Source: the human T2T-CHM13v2.0 reference genome, Homo sapiens
Assembly (NCBI RefSeq): GCF_009914755.1
Contig: NC_060939.1
Reading direction: 5' to 3' (one strand)
Length of the DNA: 64,000 nucleotides
In this document: positions 1 through 14,600 of the stretch, piece by piece
Layout of the letters: each line of letters opens with the position of its first letter
Position numbering within the stretch: position 1 is the stretch's first letter
Notes under the pieces: generated by a model
Database searches by the model: none
Seen by the model: the letters and a program-made list of their open reading frames with translations, nothing else
What the model was told of the DNA's origin: nothing
Program-made: the position numbers and the translations under genes

Positions 1-3000
1 ATTCCGTTCCACTCGGGTTGATTCCATTCCAATCCATTCCTTTCCATTCCATTCCATTCGGGTTCATTGCATTCCATTCTGTTCCATTCCGTTCCGTTCC
101 TTTCCATTCCATTCCATTCCATGGCATTCCATTCCATTCCATTCCATTCTATTCCATTCCAGTCCATTCCAATGCATTCCACTCCATACGTTCCATTCCA
201 TTCCACCCGGATTGATTCCATTCCATTCCATTCCATTCTATGCTATTCCATTCCAGTTGATTCCGTTGGATTCCATTCCGTTCCATTCCATTCCATTCCA
301 TTCCATTCCATTCCATTCCATTCCTTTCCATTGCATTCGACTCAGTTTGATTCCACTCCATTCCATTGCATTACATTCCATTTCATTCCACTCGGGTTTA
401 TTCCTTTCCATTCCATTCCGTTCCACTCGGCTTAATTCCATTCCGTTCCTTTCCGTTCCATTCCATTCCATTCCATTCCATTCCTTTCCATTCCATTCCG
501 TTCCATTTTATTGGTGTTTATTTCATTCCATTCCATTCCATTCCACAGCTTTCCATTCCATTCCATTCCATTGCATTCCATTCGTGTTGTTTCCATTCCA
601 ATCCATTCCATTACATTCCATTCCACTGGAGTTGATTCTATTCTATTCCATTCCATTCCATTCCATTCGGTTTCGTTCCATGGCATTCAATTCCATTCCG
701 TTCCATTCCATTCCATTCCATTCCATTCCATTCCATTCCATTGAATTGCCTTCCATTCCATTCCATTCCATTCCATTCCATTCCATTCCATTCCACTCCA
801 TTCCATTACAATCCATTCCATTCGATTTGATTCTATTCCATTCCATTCCATTCCCTTCCATTGCATTCCATTGCAGTCGGGTTCATTCCATGCCATTCAA
901 TTCCGTTCCATTCCATTCCATTCCATTCCATTCCATTCCACTCGGGTTGATTCCATACCTTTGCATTCCATTCCAATCCTTTCATTCCTTTCCTTCCCAT
1001 TGCATTTCATTCGGGTTGATTCCATTCCATTGCTTTCCAATCCATTCCATTGCATGCCTTTCCATTCCATTCCACTCGGGTTGATTCTGTTGCATTCTCT
1101 TCCATTCCATTGCACTTGGGTTGATTCCATTCCATTCCATTCCATTCCATTCCATTCCATTAATTTCCATTACACTTGTGTTGATTCCATAGCATTCCAT
1201 TCCATTCCATTCCATTCCATTCCATTCCATCCCATTCTGGTTGATTCCATTCTATTCTATTCCATTCCATTCCATTCCATTCCATTCCATTCCATTCCAT
1301 TCCTTTCCATTCCATTCCATTCCATTCCAATCCATTCCACTCCATTCCATTCCATTCCATTCCCCTCCATTCCATTCCATTCCATTCCATTCAATTCCAT
1401 TCCATTCCACTCCATTCCATTACAATCCATTCTATTCGATTTGATTCTATTCCAATCCATTCCATTCCATTCCATTGCATTCCATTGCAGTCGGGTTCAT
1501 TCCATGCCATTCAATTCCGTTCCATTCCGTTCCATTCCATTCCATTCCATTCCATTTCCTTGCCTTCCATTCCACTCCATTCCATTCCATTCCATTCCAT
1601 TCCATTCCACTCGAGTTGATTCCATACCTTTCCATTCCATTCCATTCCCTTCATTCCTTTCCATTGCATTCCGTTCCAGTCGGGTTGATTCCATTCTATT
1701 GCTTTCCATTCTATTCCATTGCATGCCTTTCTATTCCATTCCACGTGGGTTGATTCCGTTGCATTCTATTCCATTCCATTGCACTTGGGTTGATTGCATT
1801 CCATTCCATTCATTTCCATTACACTCGGGTTGATTCCATAGCATTCCATTCCATTCCATTCCATTCCATTCCATTCCATTCCATTCTGGTTGATTCCATT
1901 CTATTCCATTCCATTCCTTTCCTTTCCATTCCGTTCCATTCCATTCGGGTTGATTCTATTCCATTCCATTCCATTCCATTGCATTCCATCCCATTCGGCT
2001 AGATTCCATTCCATTCCATTCCTTTCCATTCCATTCCGTTCCACTCGGGTTAATTCCATTCCAGTTCCATTCTATTCGTGTTTATTTCATTCCATTCCAT
2101 TCCATTCCACAGCATTCCATTCCATTCCGTTCCGTTCCATTCCATTCGTGTTGTTTCCATTCCATTCCATTCCATTCCATTCCATTCCATTCCATTCCAT
2201 TCCTTTCCATTCCATTCCATTCCGTTCCATTCCATTCCATTCGGGTTGATTCCACTCCATTCCATTCCATTGCATTCCTTTCCATTGCATTCCATTCGGG
2301 TTCATTCCATTCCATTCCGTTCCATTCCATTCCGTTCCTTTCCATTCCATTGCATTCCATTCCACTCCATTCCATTCCATTCCATTCCATTCCATTCATT
2401 TCCATTACAGTCGGGTTGATTCCATACCATTCCATTCCATTCCATTGAATTCCATACCATTCCATTACACTCGGGTTGATTCCATTCCATTCCATTCCAT
2501 TCCATTCCATTCCATTCGGGTTGATTCCATTCCATTCCATTCGATTCCATTCCATTCCATTCCATTCCATTCGGGTTGATTACATTCCATGCCATTCAAT
2601 TCCATTCCGTTCCATTCCATTCCATTCAATTGCATTGCCTTCCATTCCACTCCATTCCATTGCATTCCATTCCATTTCATTCCATTCCATTCCATTCCAT
2701 TCCATTCCATTCCATTCCAGTCGGGTTGATACCATTCCATTCCATTCCATTCCATTCCACTCCATTCCATTCCATTCCATTTCACTCGAGTTGATTTTAT
2801 TCCATTCCATTCCTTTCCATCCCATTCCATTCCATTCTATTCCATTCCATTCCATTGCGTTCCATTGCATTCGTGTTAATTCCACTCCATTCCATTCCAC
2901 TCCATTCCACTCAATTCCATTCCTTTCCAATCCATGACATTCAACTAGGGTTGAATTCATTGCATTCCATTCCAATCCATTCCTCTCCATTCAATTCCTC

Positions 3001-6000
3001 TCTGATTGAATCTATTCCATTCCATTCCATTCCGTTCTGTTCCATTCGTTCCATTGCATTCCATACCATTCTATTCCACTCGGGATGTTTCCATTCCATT
3101 CCATTCCATTCCATTCCATTCCATTCCATTCCATTCCATTCCATTCGGGTTGATTCCATTCCATTCCATTCCATTCCATTTCATTCCATTCCATTCCATT
3201 CCATTCCACTCGGGTTGATTCCATTCCATTCCATTCCATTCCATTCCATTCCATTCCATTCCTCTCGGGTTGATTCCATTCCATTCCATTCCATACCATT
3301 CAATTCCATTCCACTCTGGTTGACTCCATTTCATTCCATTCCACTCCGTTTCATTCTGGTTGATTCCATTGGATTCCAATCCATTTTATTCCATTCCATT
3401 CTGTTCCATTCCATTCCATTCCATTCCATTCCATTCCATTATTGTGGATTCCATACCAATCCTTTCCATTCCTTTCCATTCCTTTCCCTTCCTTTCGATT
3501 CCATTCCATTCCATTCTACTCGGTTTCATTCCATTCCATTCCATTCCCTTCCATTCCATTCCATTCCATTCCACTCAGTTTGATTCCATTTCATTTCACT
3601 CCATTCCATTCCATTCCATTCCATTCCATTCCATTCCGATTGATTCCATTCCATTCCATTCCATTCCATTCCATTCCATTCCATTCCTTTCCATTCCATT
3701 CCATTCCGTTCCATTCCATTCCATTCGGGTTGATTCCACTCCATTCCATTCCATTGCATTCCTTTCCATTGCATTCCATTCGGGTTCATTCCATTCCATT
3801 CCGTTCCATTCCGTTCCGTTCCTTTCCATTCCATTGCATTGCATTCCATTCCATTCCATTCCATTCCATTCCATTCCATTCCATTCCATTCATTTCCATT
3901 ACAGTCGGGTTGATTCCATACCATTCCATTCCATTCCATTGAATTCCATACCATTCCATTACACTCGGGTTGATTCCATTCCATTCCATTCCATTCCATT
4001 CCATTCCATTCCATTCCATTCCATTCGGGTTGATTCCATTCCATTCCATTCGATTCCATTCTATTCCATTCCATTCCATTCGGGTTGATTACATTCCATG
4101 CCATTCAATTCCATTCCGTTCCATTCCATTCCATTCCATTCCATTCAATTGCATTGCCTTCCATTCCACTCCATTCCACTCCATTCCATTGCATTCCATT
4201 CCATTCCATTCCATTCCATTCCATTCCAGTCGGGTTGATACCATTCCATTCCATTCCATTCCATTCCATTCCACTCCATTCCATTCCATTCCATTTCACT
4301 CGAGTTGATTTTATTCCATTCCATTCCTTTCCATCCCATTCCATTCCATTCTATTCCATTCCATTCCATTGCGTTCCATTGCATTTGTGTTAATTCCACT
4401 CCATTCCATTCCACTCCATTCCACTCAATTCCATTCCTTTCCAATCCATGACATTCAACTAGGGTTGAATTCATTGCATTCCATTCCAATCCATTCCTCT
4501 CCATTCAATTCCTCTCTGATTGAATCTATTCCATTCCATTCCATTCCGTTCTGTTCCATTCGTTCCATTGCATTCCATACCATTCTATTCCACTCGGGAT
4601 GTTTCCATTCCATTCCATTCCATTCCATTTCATTCCATTCCATTCCATTCCATTCGGGTTGATTCCATTCCATTCCATTCCATTCCATTTCATTCCATTC
4701 CATTCCATTCCATTCCACTCGTGTTGATTCCATTCCATTCCATTCCATTCCATTCCTCTCGGGTTGATTCCATTCCATTCCATTCCATACCATTCAATTC
4801 CATTCCACTCTGGTTGACTCCATTTCATTCCATTCCACTCCGTTTCATTCTGGTTGATTCCATTGAATTCCAATCCATTTTATTCCATTCCATTCTGTTC
4901 CATTCCATTCCATTCCATTCCATTCCATTATTGTGGATTCCATACCAATCCTTTCCATTCCTTTCCATTCCTTTCCCTTCCTTTCGATTCCATTCCATTC
5001 CATTCTACTCGGTTTCATTCCATTCCATTCCATTCCCTTCCATTCCATTCCATTCCATTCCACTCTGTTTGATTCCATTTCATTTCACTCCATTCCATTC
5101 CATTCCATTCCATTCCATTCCATTCCATTCCGATTGATTCCATTCCATTCCATTCCATTCCATTCCATTCCATTCCATTCCATTCCATGCCATTCCATTC
5201 CATTCCATTGCACTCAGGTTGATTCCGCTCCATTCCATTGCATTACATTCCATTTCATTCCACTCGGGTTGATTCCTTTCCATTCCATTCAATTCCACTC
5301 GGGTTAATTCCATTCCGTTCCTTTCCATTTCACTCCATTCCATTCCATTCCATTCCGTTCCATTCTATTCGTGTTTATTTCATTCCATTCCATTCCGTTC
5401 CACAGCATTCCATTCCATTCCGTTCCATTATATTCGTGTTGTTTCCATTCCATTCCATTTCATTCCATTGCATTCCATTCGATTCCGTTCCATTCCATTC
5501 GTGTTGATTCCACTCCATTCCATTCCACTCCATTCCATTCCATTCCATTCCATTCCTTTCCAATCCATGACATTCAACTTGGGTTGAATCCATTGCATTC
5601 CATTCCAATCCATTCCTCTCCATTCAATTCCTCTCTGATTCAATCTATTCCGTTGCATTCCATTCCGTTCTGTTCCATTCCGTTCCATTGCATTCCATAC
5701 CATTTCTTTCCACTCGGGATGATTCCATTCCATTCCATTATATTCCATTTCATTCCATTGCATTCCATTTCATTCCATTCCACTCGGGTTGATTCCATTC
5801 CATTCCATTCCATTCCATTCCATTCCTTTCCATTCCATTCCATTCCATTCCATTTCATTCCATTCCATTCCATTCGGGTTGATTCCATTCCATTCCATTC
5901 CATTTCATTCCATTCCATTCCATTCCATTCCATCCATTCCACTCCTTTCCATTCCATTCCATTGCATTCGACTCAGGATGATTCCGCTCCATTCCATTGC

Positions 6001-7150
6001 ATTTCATTCCATTTCATTCCTCGCAGGTTGATTCCGCTCCATTCCATTGCATTACATTCCATTTCATTCCACTCGGGTTGATTCCTTTCCATTCCATTCC
6101 GTTCCACTCGGGTTAATTCCATTCCGTTACTTTCCATTTCATTCCATTCCATCCCATTCCATTCCATTCCATTCCATTCCTTTCCATTCCATTCCGTTCC
6201 ATTCTATTCGTGTTTATTTCATTCCATTCCATTTAATTCCGCAGCATTCAATTCCATTCCGTTCCGTTCCGTTCCATTCCAGTAGTGTTGTTTCCATTCC
6301 ATTCCATTCCATTCCATTCCATTCCGTTCCATTCCATTCGTGTTGATTCTATTCCATTCCATTCTACTCCTTTCCATTCCATTCCATTCCACTCCTTTCC
6401 AGTCCGTGACATTCAACTGGGTTGCATCCCTTGCATTCCATTCCAATCCATTCCACTCCAGTCAAATCCTCTCGGATTCAATGTATTCCATTCCATTCCT
6501 TTCCGTTCTGTTCCACTCCATTCCATTGCATTCCATACCATTCCATTCCACTCGGGATGATTCCATTCCATTCCATTCCATTCCATTCCATTCCTTTCCA
6601 TTCCATTCCGTTCCATTCCATTCGTGTTGATCCCATTCCATTCCATTCCATTGCATTCCATTCCATTCCATTCGACTTCATTCCATTCCATTGCATTCCA
6701 TTCCATTCCATTCCATTCCATTGCATTCCATTCCATTCCATTCCATTCCATTCCATTCCATGCCATTCCATTCCATTCGTGTTGATTCCATTCCATTCCA
6801 TTCCATTCCATTCCATTCCATTCCATTCCGTTCCACTCGGGTTGATTCCATTCCATTCCATTCCAATCCATTCCTTTCCATTCCATTCCATTCGGGTTCA
6901 TTGCATTCCATTCTGTTCCATTCCGTTCCGTTCCTTTCCATTCCATTCCATTCCATGGCATTCCATTCCATTCCATTCCATTCTATTCCATTCCAGTCCA
7001 TTCCAATGCATTCCACTCCATACGTTCCATTCCATTCCACCCGGATTGATTCCATTCCATTCCATTCCATTCTATGCTATTCCATTCCAGTTGATTCCGT
7101 TGGATTCCATTCCGTTCCATTCCATTCCATTCCATTCCATTCCATTCCAT
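1..7150 (+). repeat. HSat3 block with CTCGGGTTG/CAACCCGAG interspersed motif (HSat3B-like) and ~6.83-kb higher-order repeat
   Basis: Frequent 'ccactcgggttgattcc' and 'attcgggttgatt' motifs (the classic SatIII CAACCCGAGT interruption). Bases 1-~310 recur near-identically at ~6826-7150 ('atggcattcc' at 121 and 6955, offset 6834). The A/B subfamily label is from recall. Confidence 0.8.
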
Positions 7151-7739
7151 TCTCTTCCATTCCATTCCATTCCATTCGATGCCATTCCATTCGATTGCAT
7201 TTCATTCCATTCCATTCCACTCGATGCCATTCCATTCGATTGCATTTCAGTCCATTCCATTCCACTCCGTTCCATTCCGTTCCATTCCTTTCTATTCTAT
7301 ACATTTCCATTTCAATTAATTTCCATTCGTTTCCATTCCATTCGATTGCATTAAATTTAAGACTGTGCCATTCCATTCCAATTGATTCCATTCCATTCGA
7401 GACAATTCCCTTCCACTCCATTCCATTCGAGTCCATTCCATTCCAGTCTATTCCATTACAGTCCATTGCTTTCCAGTGAATTCCATTCGAGTTCATTCCA
7501 TTCCATTCCATTCTATTCCTTTACATTCCATTTGATTGCATTCTGTTGCATTCCAATCGATTCCTTTAGATTTGAGTCCATTCCATTTGTGTCCATTCCA
7601 TTCCAATCTATTACATTCCAGTCCATTCCATTCCAGTCCATTACATTCGAGTCCATTCCATTCCATTGCATTCCATTCCATTCCATTCTATTTCATCCCA
7701 TTCCACTTCATTGCATTCCAATCCATTCCATTTTATTCC

Positions 7740-8640
7740 ACTCCATTCCATTCCACTCCAGTCCATTCCATTGCACTCCATTCCATTCCAATCCATTCCT
7801 TTCCATTGCACTCCATTCCACTCCATTTCACTCCACTCCACTCCATTCCATTTTTTTTCCATTCATTTCCATTAACTTCCACTGCACTCCACTCCAATTC
7901 ACTCCACTCCACTCCACCACATTCCATTCCACTCCACTATATTCCATTCCACTCCACTCCACTACACTCCACCACAAATCATTCCACTCCACTCCACTCC
8001 ATTCCATTCCATACCATTCCACTTCACTCCACTCCACTCCATTCCATACATGTCCACTTCAATCAACTCCACTTCTCCCCATTCCACTCCATTCCACCCC
8101 ACTCCACTTCACTCCACCTCATATCACTCCATTCTATTCCATTCAATTGCATTCCACTCCATTCCACTCCACTCCACTCCTCCTTATTCCACTCCATTGA
8201 ACTCCACTCCACTTCACATCACTCCATTCCATTCCATTCAGTTGCATTCCACTTCATTCCAATTCGCTCCACCCCATCCCATTCCATTGCATTATACTCC
8301 ACTCCACTCCAGTCCACTCCAATCCGTTCAATTCCATTTTTTCCCATTCCATTCCACTCCATTCCTCTCCACTCCATTGAATTCCATTCAACCCCATTCC
8401 ATTCCACTCCACTCCACTCCACTCCACTTCACCACATTCCAATTGATTCCATTCGAGACCATTGCGTTCCATTCCGTCCCATTACACTCCACTCCACTCC
8501 ACTCTGCTCCTTCCCATCCTACTCCACTCAAATCCATTCCACTCCTTTCTACCCCATTTCACTCCATTCGATCCCAGTCCATTCCATTCAAATTCTTTCT
8601 ATTCCACTCCATTCGAGTCCATTCCACTCTATTCCTTCCC
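7740..8640 (+). repeat. (CACTC)n/(GGAGT)n-rich variant satellite patch
   Basis: Pentamers are dominated by 'ccactccactcc' instead of CATTC, e.g. 7821-7850, 7941-8040 and 8161-8180. Boundaries are approximate. Confidence 0.85.
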
Positions 8641-8649
8641 AATCCTTTC

Positions 8650-11600
8650 GAGACCATTCAATTGCATTCCATTCCATTTGAGTCAATTCCATTAAATTCC
8701 TTTCGAGTCCATTCCATTCTATGGCATTTGTGTCCATTCCATTCCATTCCATGCCATTCCATTTGAGTCCATTCCATCCCATTCCATTCCATCCCATTCC
8801 ATTCCATTCCATTCCAGTCCATTCCAAACTCATTACATTGCAGTCCATTCTATTCCACTCCATTCTTTTCCATTCCATTCCATTCCATTCCATTCCATTC
8901 CATTTGAGCCCAGTCCATACCATTGCATTCCATTCGAGTCCATTCCATTCCATTCCATTCGAGTCCATTCCATTCCTTTCCATTTCATTCCATTCCATTC
9001 TATTCCATTCCAATCCATTCCATTCGGGTCCATTCCATTCAATTCCATTCGAGTCAATTACATTCCATTCCATTTGGGTCCATTCCATTGCATAACATTG
9101 CATTCGAGTTCATTCCATTCCATTCCATTCGAGTCCATTCCACTGTACTCCATCCCAATCCTTTCGAGTCCATTCAATTCCTTTCCATACCATTTGAGTC
9201 AATTCCATTCCATTCCATTTGAGTCCATTCCCTTGCATTCCATTCCATTAGAGTCTCATCCATTCTATTCCATTCAAGTCCATTCCTTTCCATTCCATTA
9301 GAGTACATTCCATTAAATTCCATTGTATTCCATTCGAGTTCATTCCATTCCGTTCTATTCATGTCCTTTCCATTCCATTCGAGTTCATTCCATTCCAATC
9401 TTTTCGAATCCATTCCATTCCATTCATCCTATTCCATTCAAATCCATTCCATTCCACACCATACCATTCCATTCCATTCCATTCCATTCGGGTCCATTCT
9501 TTCCATTCCATTCGAGTCCATTCCATTCCATTCCATTCGAGTCCATTCCATTCCTTTCCATTCCACTCGAGACCATTCCACTCCATTCCATTTGGGTCCA
9601 TTCCTATCCATTCCATTCGAGTCCATTCCAATACCTTCTGTCCCATTCGATTCCTTTGCATTCCATTCCATTCCATTCCATTCAGGTCCATTCCATTCCA
9701 TTCCAATCCATTCCTTTCTTGTCCATTCCATTCTACTCGAGTCCATTCCATTCCATTCCATTCCATTACATTTGATTCGAGCCCATTCAATTCCATTCCA
9801 TTCCATTCCCCTTGAGGCCATTCCATTGCATTCCATTCAATTCCAGTACATTCCATTCCACCCCATCCACTCGTGGCCACTCCATTCAATTCCATTCGAG
9901 TCAATTCCATTGCATTCCATTGGATTCCATTCAATTGCATTCCATTCCATTCCTTTCAAGTCCATTGAATTCCATTCGAGTCCATTCTATCACATTCCAT
10001 TCGAGTCCATTCCATTGCATTCCATTCAATTCGAGTCTATTCCATTCTATTCCATTTGAGTTTCTTCCATTCCATGCGATTCCATTCCGTTCCGTTCCGT
10101 TTCATTCCATTCGGATCCATTCCATTCCATTCCATTGCACTCGAGTTGATTCCATTCTATTCCGTTCCATTTGAGTCCATTCCATTTCATTCGTGTCCAT
10201 CCCGATACATTCCATTGCATTCGAGGCCACTTCATTCCATTCCATTCCATTCCATTATTTAAATGTCCATTCCGTTCAAACCCATTCTATTCCCTTCCAT
10301 TCCATTTGATTCCATTACATTCCATTCCATTCCAGTCCTGTCCATTCCATTCCATTCCATTCAATTCGAGTCCATTCAATTCTATTCCATTTGAGCCGAT
10401 TCCATTCCTTTCCACTCAAGTCCATTCTATTCCATTCGAGTCCATTCCATTCCATCTCATTCAAGTCCATACCATTCCATTCCATTTCATTCCATTCCAC
10501 TCCATTTCATTCCATTCCTGTCCATTCCATTCCATTCCATTCCATTCCATTGGACTGTGTTCCATTCCATTCCATTCTGTTCCATCCCTTTCCATTCCAT
10601 TCCGTTCCATTCCATTCGGTTCCATTCCATTCCACTCCGTTCCACTCCATTCTGTTTCATTCATATCCATTCCATTCCATTCTTCTCGAATACATTCCAT
10701 TCCATTGTATTCCATTTGATTCCTTTCCATTGCATTACACTAGAGTCCATTCCATTCCATTCCATTCCATTGGAGTGCATTCCAATCAATTACATTTCAT
10801 TCGAGTCCATTCCATTGCATTCGAGTCCTTTCCATTCCATTTCATTCGAGTCCATTCCATTCCAATCCATTCCATTGCATTGCATTCCATTCGAGTCAAT
10901 TCCATTCCATTCCATTCCGTTCCATTCCATTCCATATTCCATTCGAGTCAATTCCATTCATTTCAAGTCCATTCCATTCCATTCCATTTGATTCCATTGT
11001 ATTCCATTCCATTCAATTCCATTCCATTCGAATCCATTCTATTTCATTCCATTTCATGCGCTTCCATTCCATTTAATTCCATTCCATTCAATTCGAGTCT
11101 ATTCCATTCCATTGCATTCCATTCGAGTCCATTCCACTGCATTCCATTTCAGTCGAGTCCATTCCATTCCATTCCTCTCTAGTCGATTCCATTCCATTCC
11201 ATTCCTCTCCATTTCATTCTAGTCCATTCCATTCTATTCAATTCCATTCGAGTCTTTTCCATTTCATTCCATTATATTCCCTTCCAATCCGTTCCATTCC
11301 ATTCCATTGCTTTCAGGTCCATTCAATTCAACTGCATTCCCTTCGAGTCCATTCTGTCACAATTTTTTACATTCCATTCTATTCCATTTCAGCACTTTTC
11401 ATTCCATTACTTTCCTTTTGTGTCCATTTCATTTCATTACATTCTTTTCCATTGCATTCCTATTGAGTCCACTCAATTCCATTGCATACCATTCGTGTCC
11501 ATTCCATTTTACTCCATTCCATTCCATTCCATTTGAGTCCATTCCACTCCATTCCGTTCGATCCCATTTCATTCCATTACATTACATTCCGTTCGAGTCC

Positions 11601-14600
11601 ATTCCATGCCATTGCATTCGCTTCAAATCGAATCCATTCAATTCCATTCCATTCCTTTCAAATACATTCCACTCCATTCCATTCGAGTCCTTTGCATTCT
11701 GTTCCATTCCACTCGAGTCATTTCCATTCCATTCGAGTCCATTCCATTCCATTCCACTCGAGTCCTTTCCATTGCATTAGAGTCCATTCCATTCCATTCC
11801 TTACCAATCCATTCCTTTCCATTACAGTCTGTTCCATTCCATTCCGTTCCATTCATGTCCATTCCATTACATTCCACTTAAGTCCATTCCATTGCATTCC
11901 ATTCGAGTCCATTCTTTCCATTACATTCCTTTCGAGTCCATTCCATTCCATTCGAGTCCTTTCCATTCCATTTCTTTCCAATCCTATCTATTCCATTCCA
12001 TTCTATTCCATTCCTTTGGAGTCCCTTCCATTCTATTGGAGTCCCTTCCATTCCATTCCATTCCTATCTCTTCCATTGCATTCCATTCAATTCCATTCCA
12101 CTCCATTCCAATGCATTCCATTTCATTCCATTCTGTTCTTCTCCATTCCATTCCGTTCCATTCCAATTGGGTCCATTCCATTCCGTTACATTCGAGTCTA
12201 TTCCGATCAATTACATTCCATTCGAGTGCATTCCATTGCATTCGAGTCCTTTCCATTCCCTTTCATTCGAGACCTTTCAATTGCACTGCATTCTATTCCA
12301 TTGAAGCCCATTCCATTCCATTCCACTCCATTCCATTCCTTTCCATTCGAGTCCATTCCATTCCATTCCATTCCATTAGAGTCCATTCCATTCCATTCGA
12401 GTCCATTCCATTCCATTTCTTTTGAGTCCCTTCCATTACATTCTATTCCATTCGAGTGCATTCCAAAGCATTCCATTCCATTCGAGCACATTCCATTCCA
12501 TTCGAGTCCATTCCATTCCATTCAAATCCATACCATTCCATTCAATTCCATTCCATTTCAATCCATTGCGTTCCGTTCCATTCTGTCCCATTCCATTCCA
12601 TTCCGTTCCATTCCATTCCGTTCCTCTCCATTCCGTTGCATTCCATTCTGTTCCATTCCATTTGGGTCCATTCCATTCGCATCCATTCAATTCCATTCCT
12701 TTGCACTGGAGTTGATTCCATTCCATTCCATTCGAGTCCTTTCTTTTTCATTCAAGTCCATTCCGTTCCATTCCATTCCATTCGTAGCCACTTCTTTCAA
12801 TTCCATTCCATTCCATTCCATTCCATGCTTTTCGGGTCCATTCATTTCAAATGCATTCCATTCCATTCCCTTCCATTCCATTCCATTCCAGTCCATTTAA
12901 TTCCATTCCATTCCATTCCATTCCATTCCATTCCATTCCATTCCATTCCATTCCATTCGAGTTCATTCCATTCCGTGTTATTCTATTCTATTCGAGTCTA
13001 TTCAATTCCATTCCATTCCATTTGAGTCCATTCTACTCTATTACGTTCAATTCCATACCATTGCATTCGAGTCCATTCCTTTCTATTGCATTCGAGTCCA
13101 TTCCGTTCCATACCATTCTATTTGAATCCATTCCATTCAATTCTATTCCAATCCATTCCATTCCATTCCATTTGAGACCAATCCATTCCTTTCCATTCAA
13201 TTCCAATTCATTCCATTCCAACCCTTCCATTCGTGGCCACTGCATTCAATTGCTTTTGAGTCAGTTCCATTACATTCCATTCAATTCCATTTGATTCCAT
13301 TCAATTCCTTTCGAGTACATTTAATTCCATTCAAGTCCATTCTATTCCATTCCATTCGAGTCCATTCCATTCCATTCCGTTCGGTTTCATTTCATTCCAT
13401 TCCTTTCAATTCCATTCATTCCATTCAAGTCCATTCAATTCCATTATATTCCATTCCAATCCATTCCATTCCATTCCATTCAATACCATTCCATTCCATT
13501 TGAATCCATTTCATTTCATTCTATTCCATTCCTCTCCATTCCATTCTATTCCATTCCACTCCATTCTCTCCATTCCATTCCATTCTTTTCGAGTCCTTTG
13601 CATTCTACTCGCTTCCATTCCATTCCATTCCATTCAATACCATTCCATTCCATTTGAATCCATTTCATTTCATTCTATTCCATTCCTCTCCATTCCATTC
13701 TATTCCATTCTACTCCATTCTCTCCATTCCATTTGGGTCCATTCCATTCCATTCCTTTAGAGTCCTTTGCATTCTACTCAATTCCACTCCATTCCATTCC
13801 ATTCCTGTCCATTCCACTCCATTACATTACATTCGATTCGAGTCCATTCAATTCCATTCCATTCCATTCCATTTGAGCCCACTCCATTACTTTCCATTCA
13901 ATTCAAGTCCATCCCATTCCACACCTTCCATTCGTGGCCACTCCATTCAATTCCATTTGAGTCAAGTCCATTGCATTCCATTTGATTCCATTCCATTGCA
14001 TTCCATTCCATTCCTTTCGAGTCCATTGAATTCCATTCAAGTCCATTCTATTCCATTGTATTCGAGTCCATTCCAAAGCATTTCATTCCATTCGAGTCTA
14101 TTCCATTCGAGTCTATTCCATTCCATGTGAGTCCATTCTGTTCCGTTCCCCTCCGTTCCGTTCTGATCCGTTCAATTCCATTTGGGTCCATTCTATTCCA
14201 TTCGAATCCATTCCATTCCATTCCATTGCACTCTAGTCGATTCCATTCTCTTCCAATCCATTCGAGTCTATTTCATTTCATTCGAGTCCATTCCAATCCA
14301 TTCCATTCCATTCGAGGCCACTTCATTCCATTCCATTCCATTCAAGACCTTTCCATGCCATACCTTTCCATTCGAGTCCATTCCATTCCATTCCATTCGA
14401 GTCCATTCCATTCCTTTCCACTCGAGTCAATTCTATTCCATTTGAGTCCATTCCATTCCATTTCATGCAAGTCCATTCCATTCCATTCCATTCCATTCCA
14501 TTCCATTCCACTCCATTTCATTCCAATCCACTCCATTCCATTCCATTCGTGTCCATTGCATTCAATTCCATTCAAGTGTGTTCCTTTTCATTCCGTTCCT

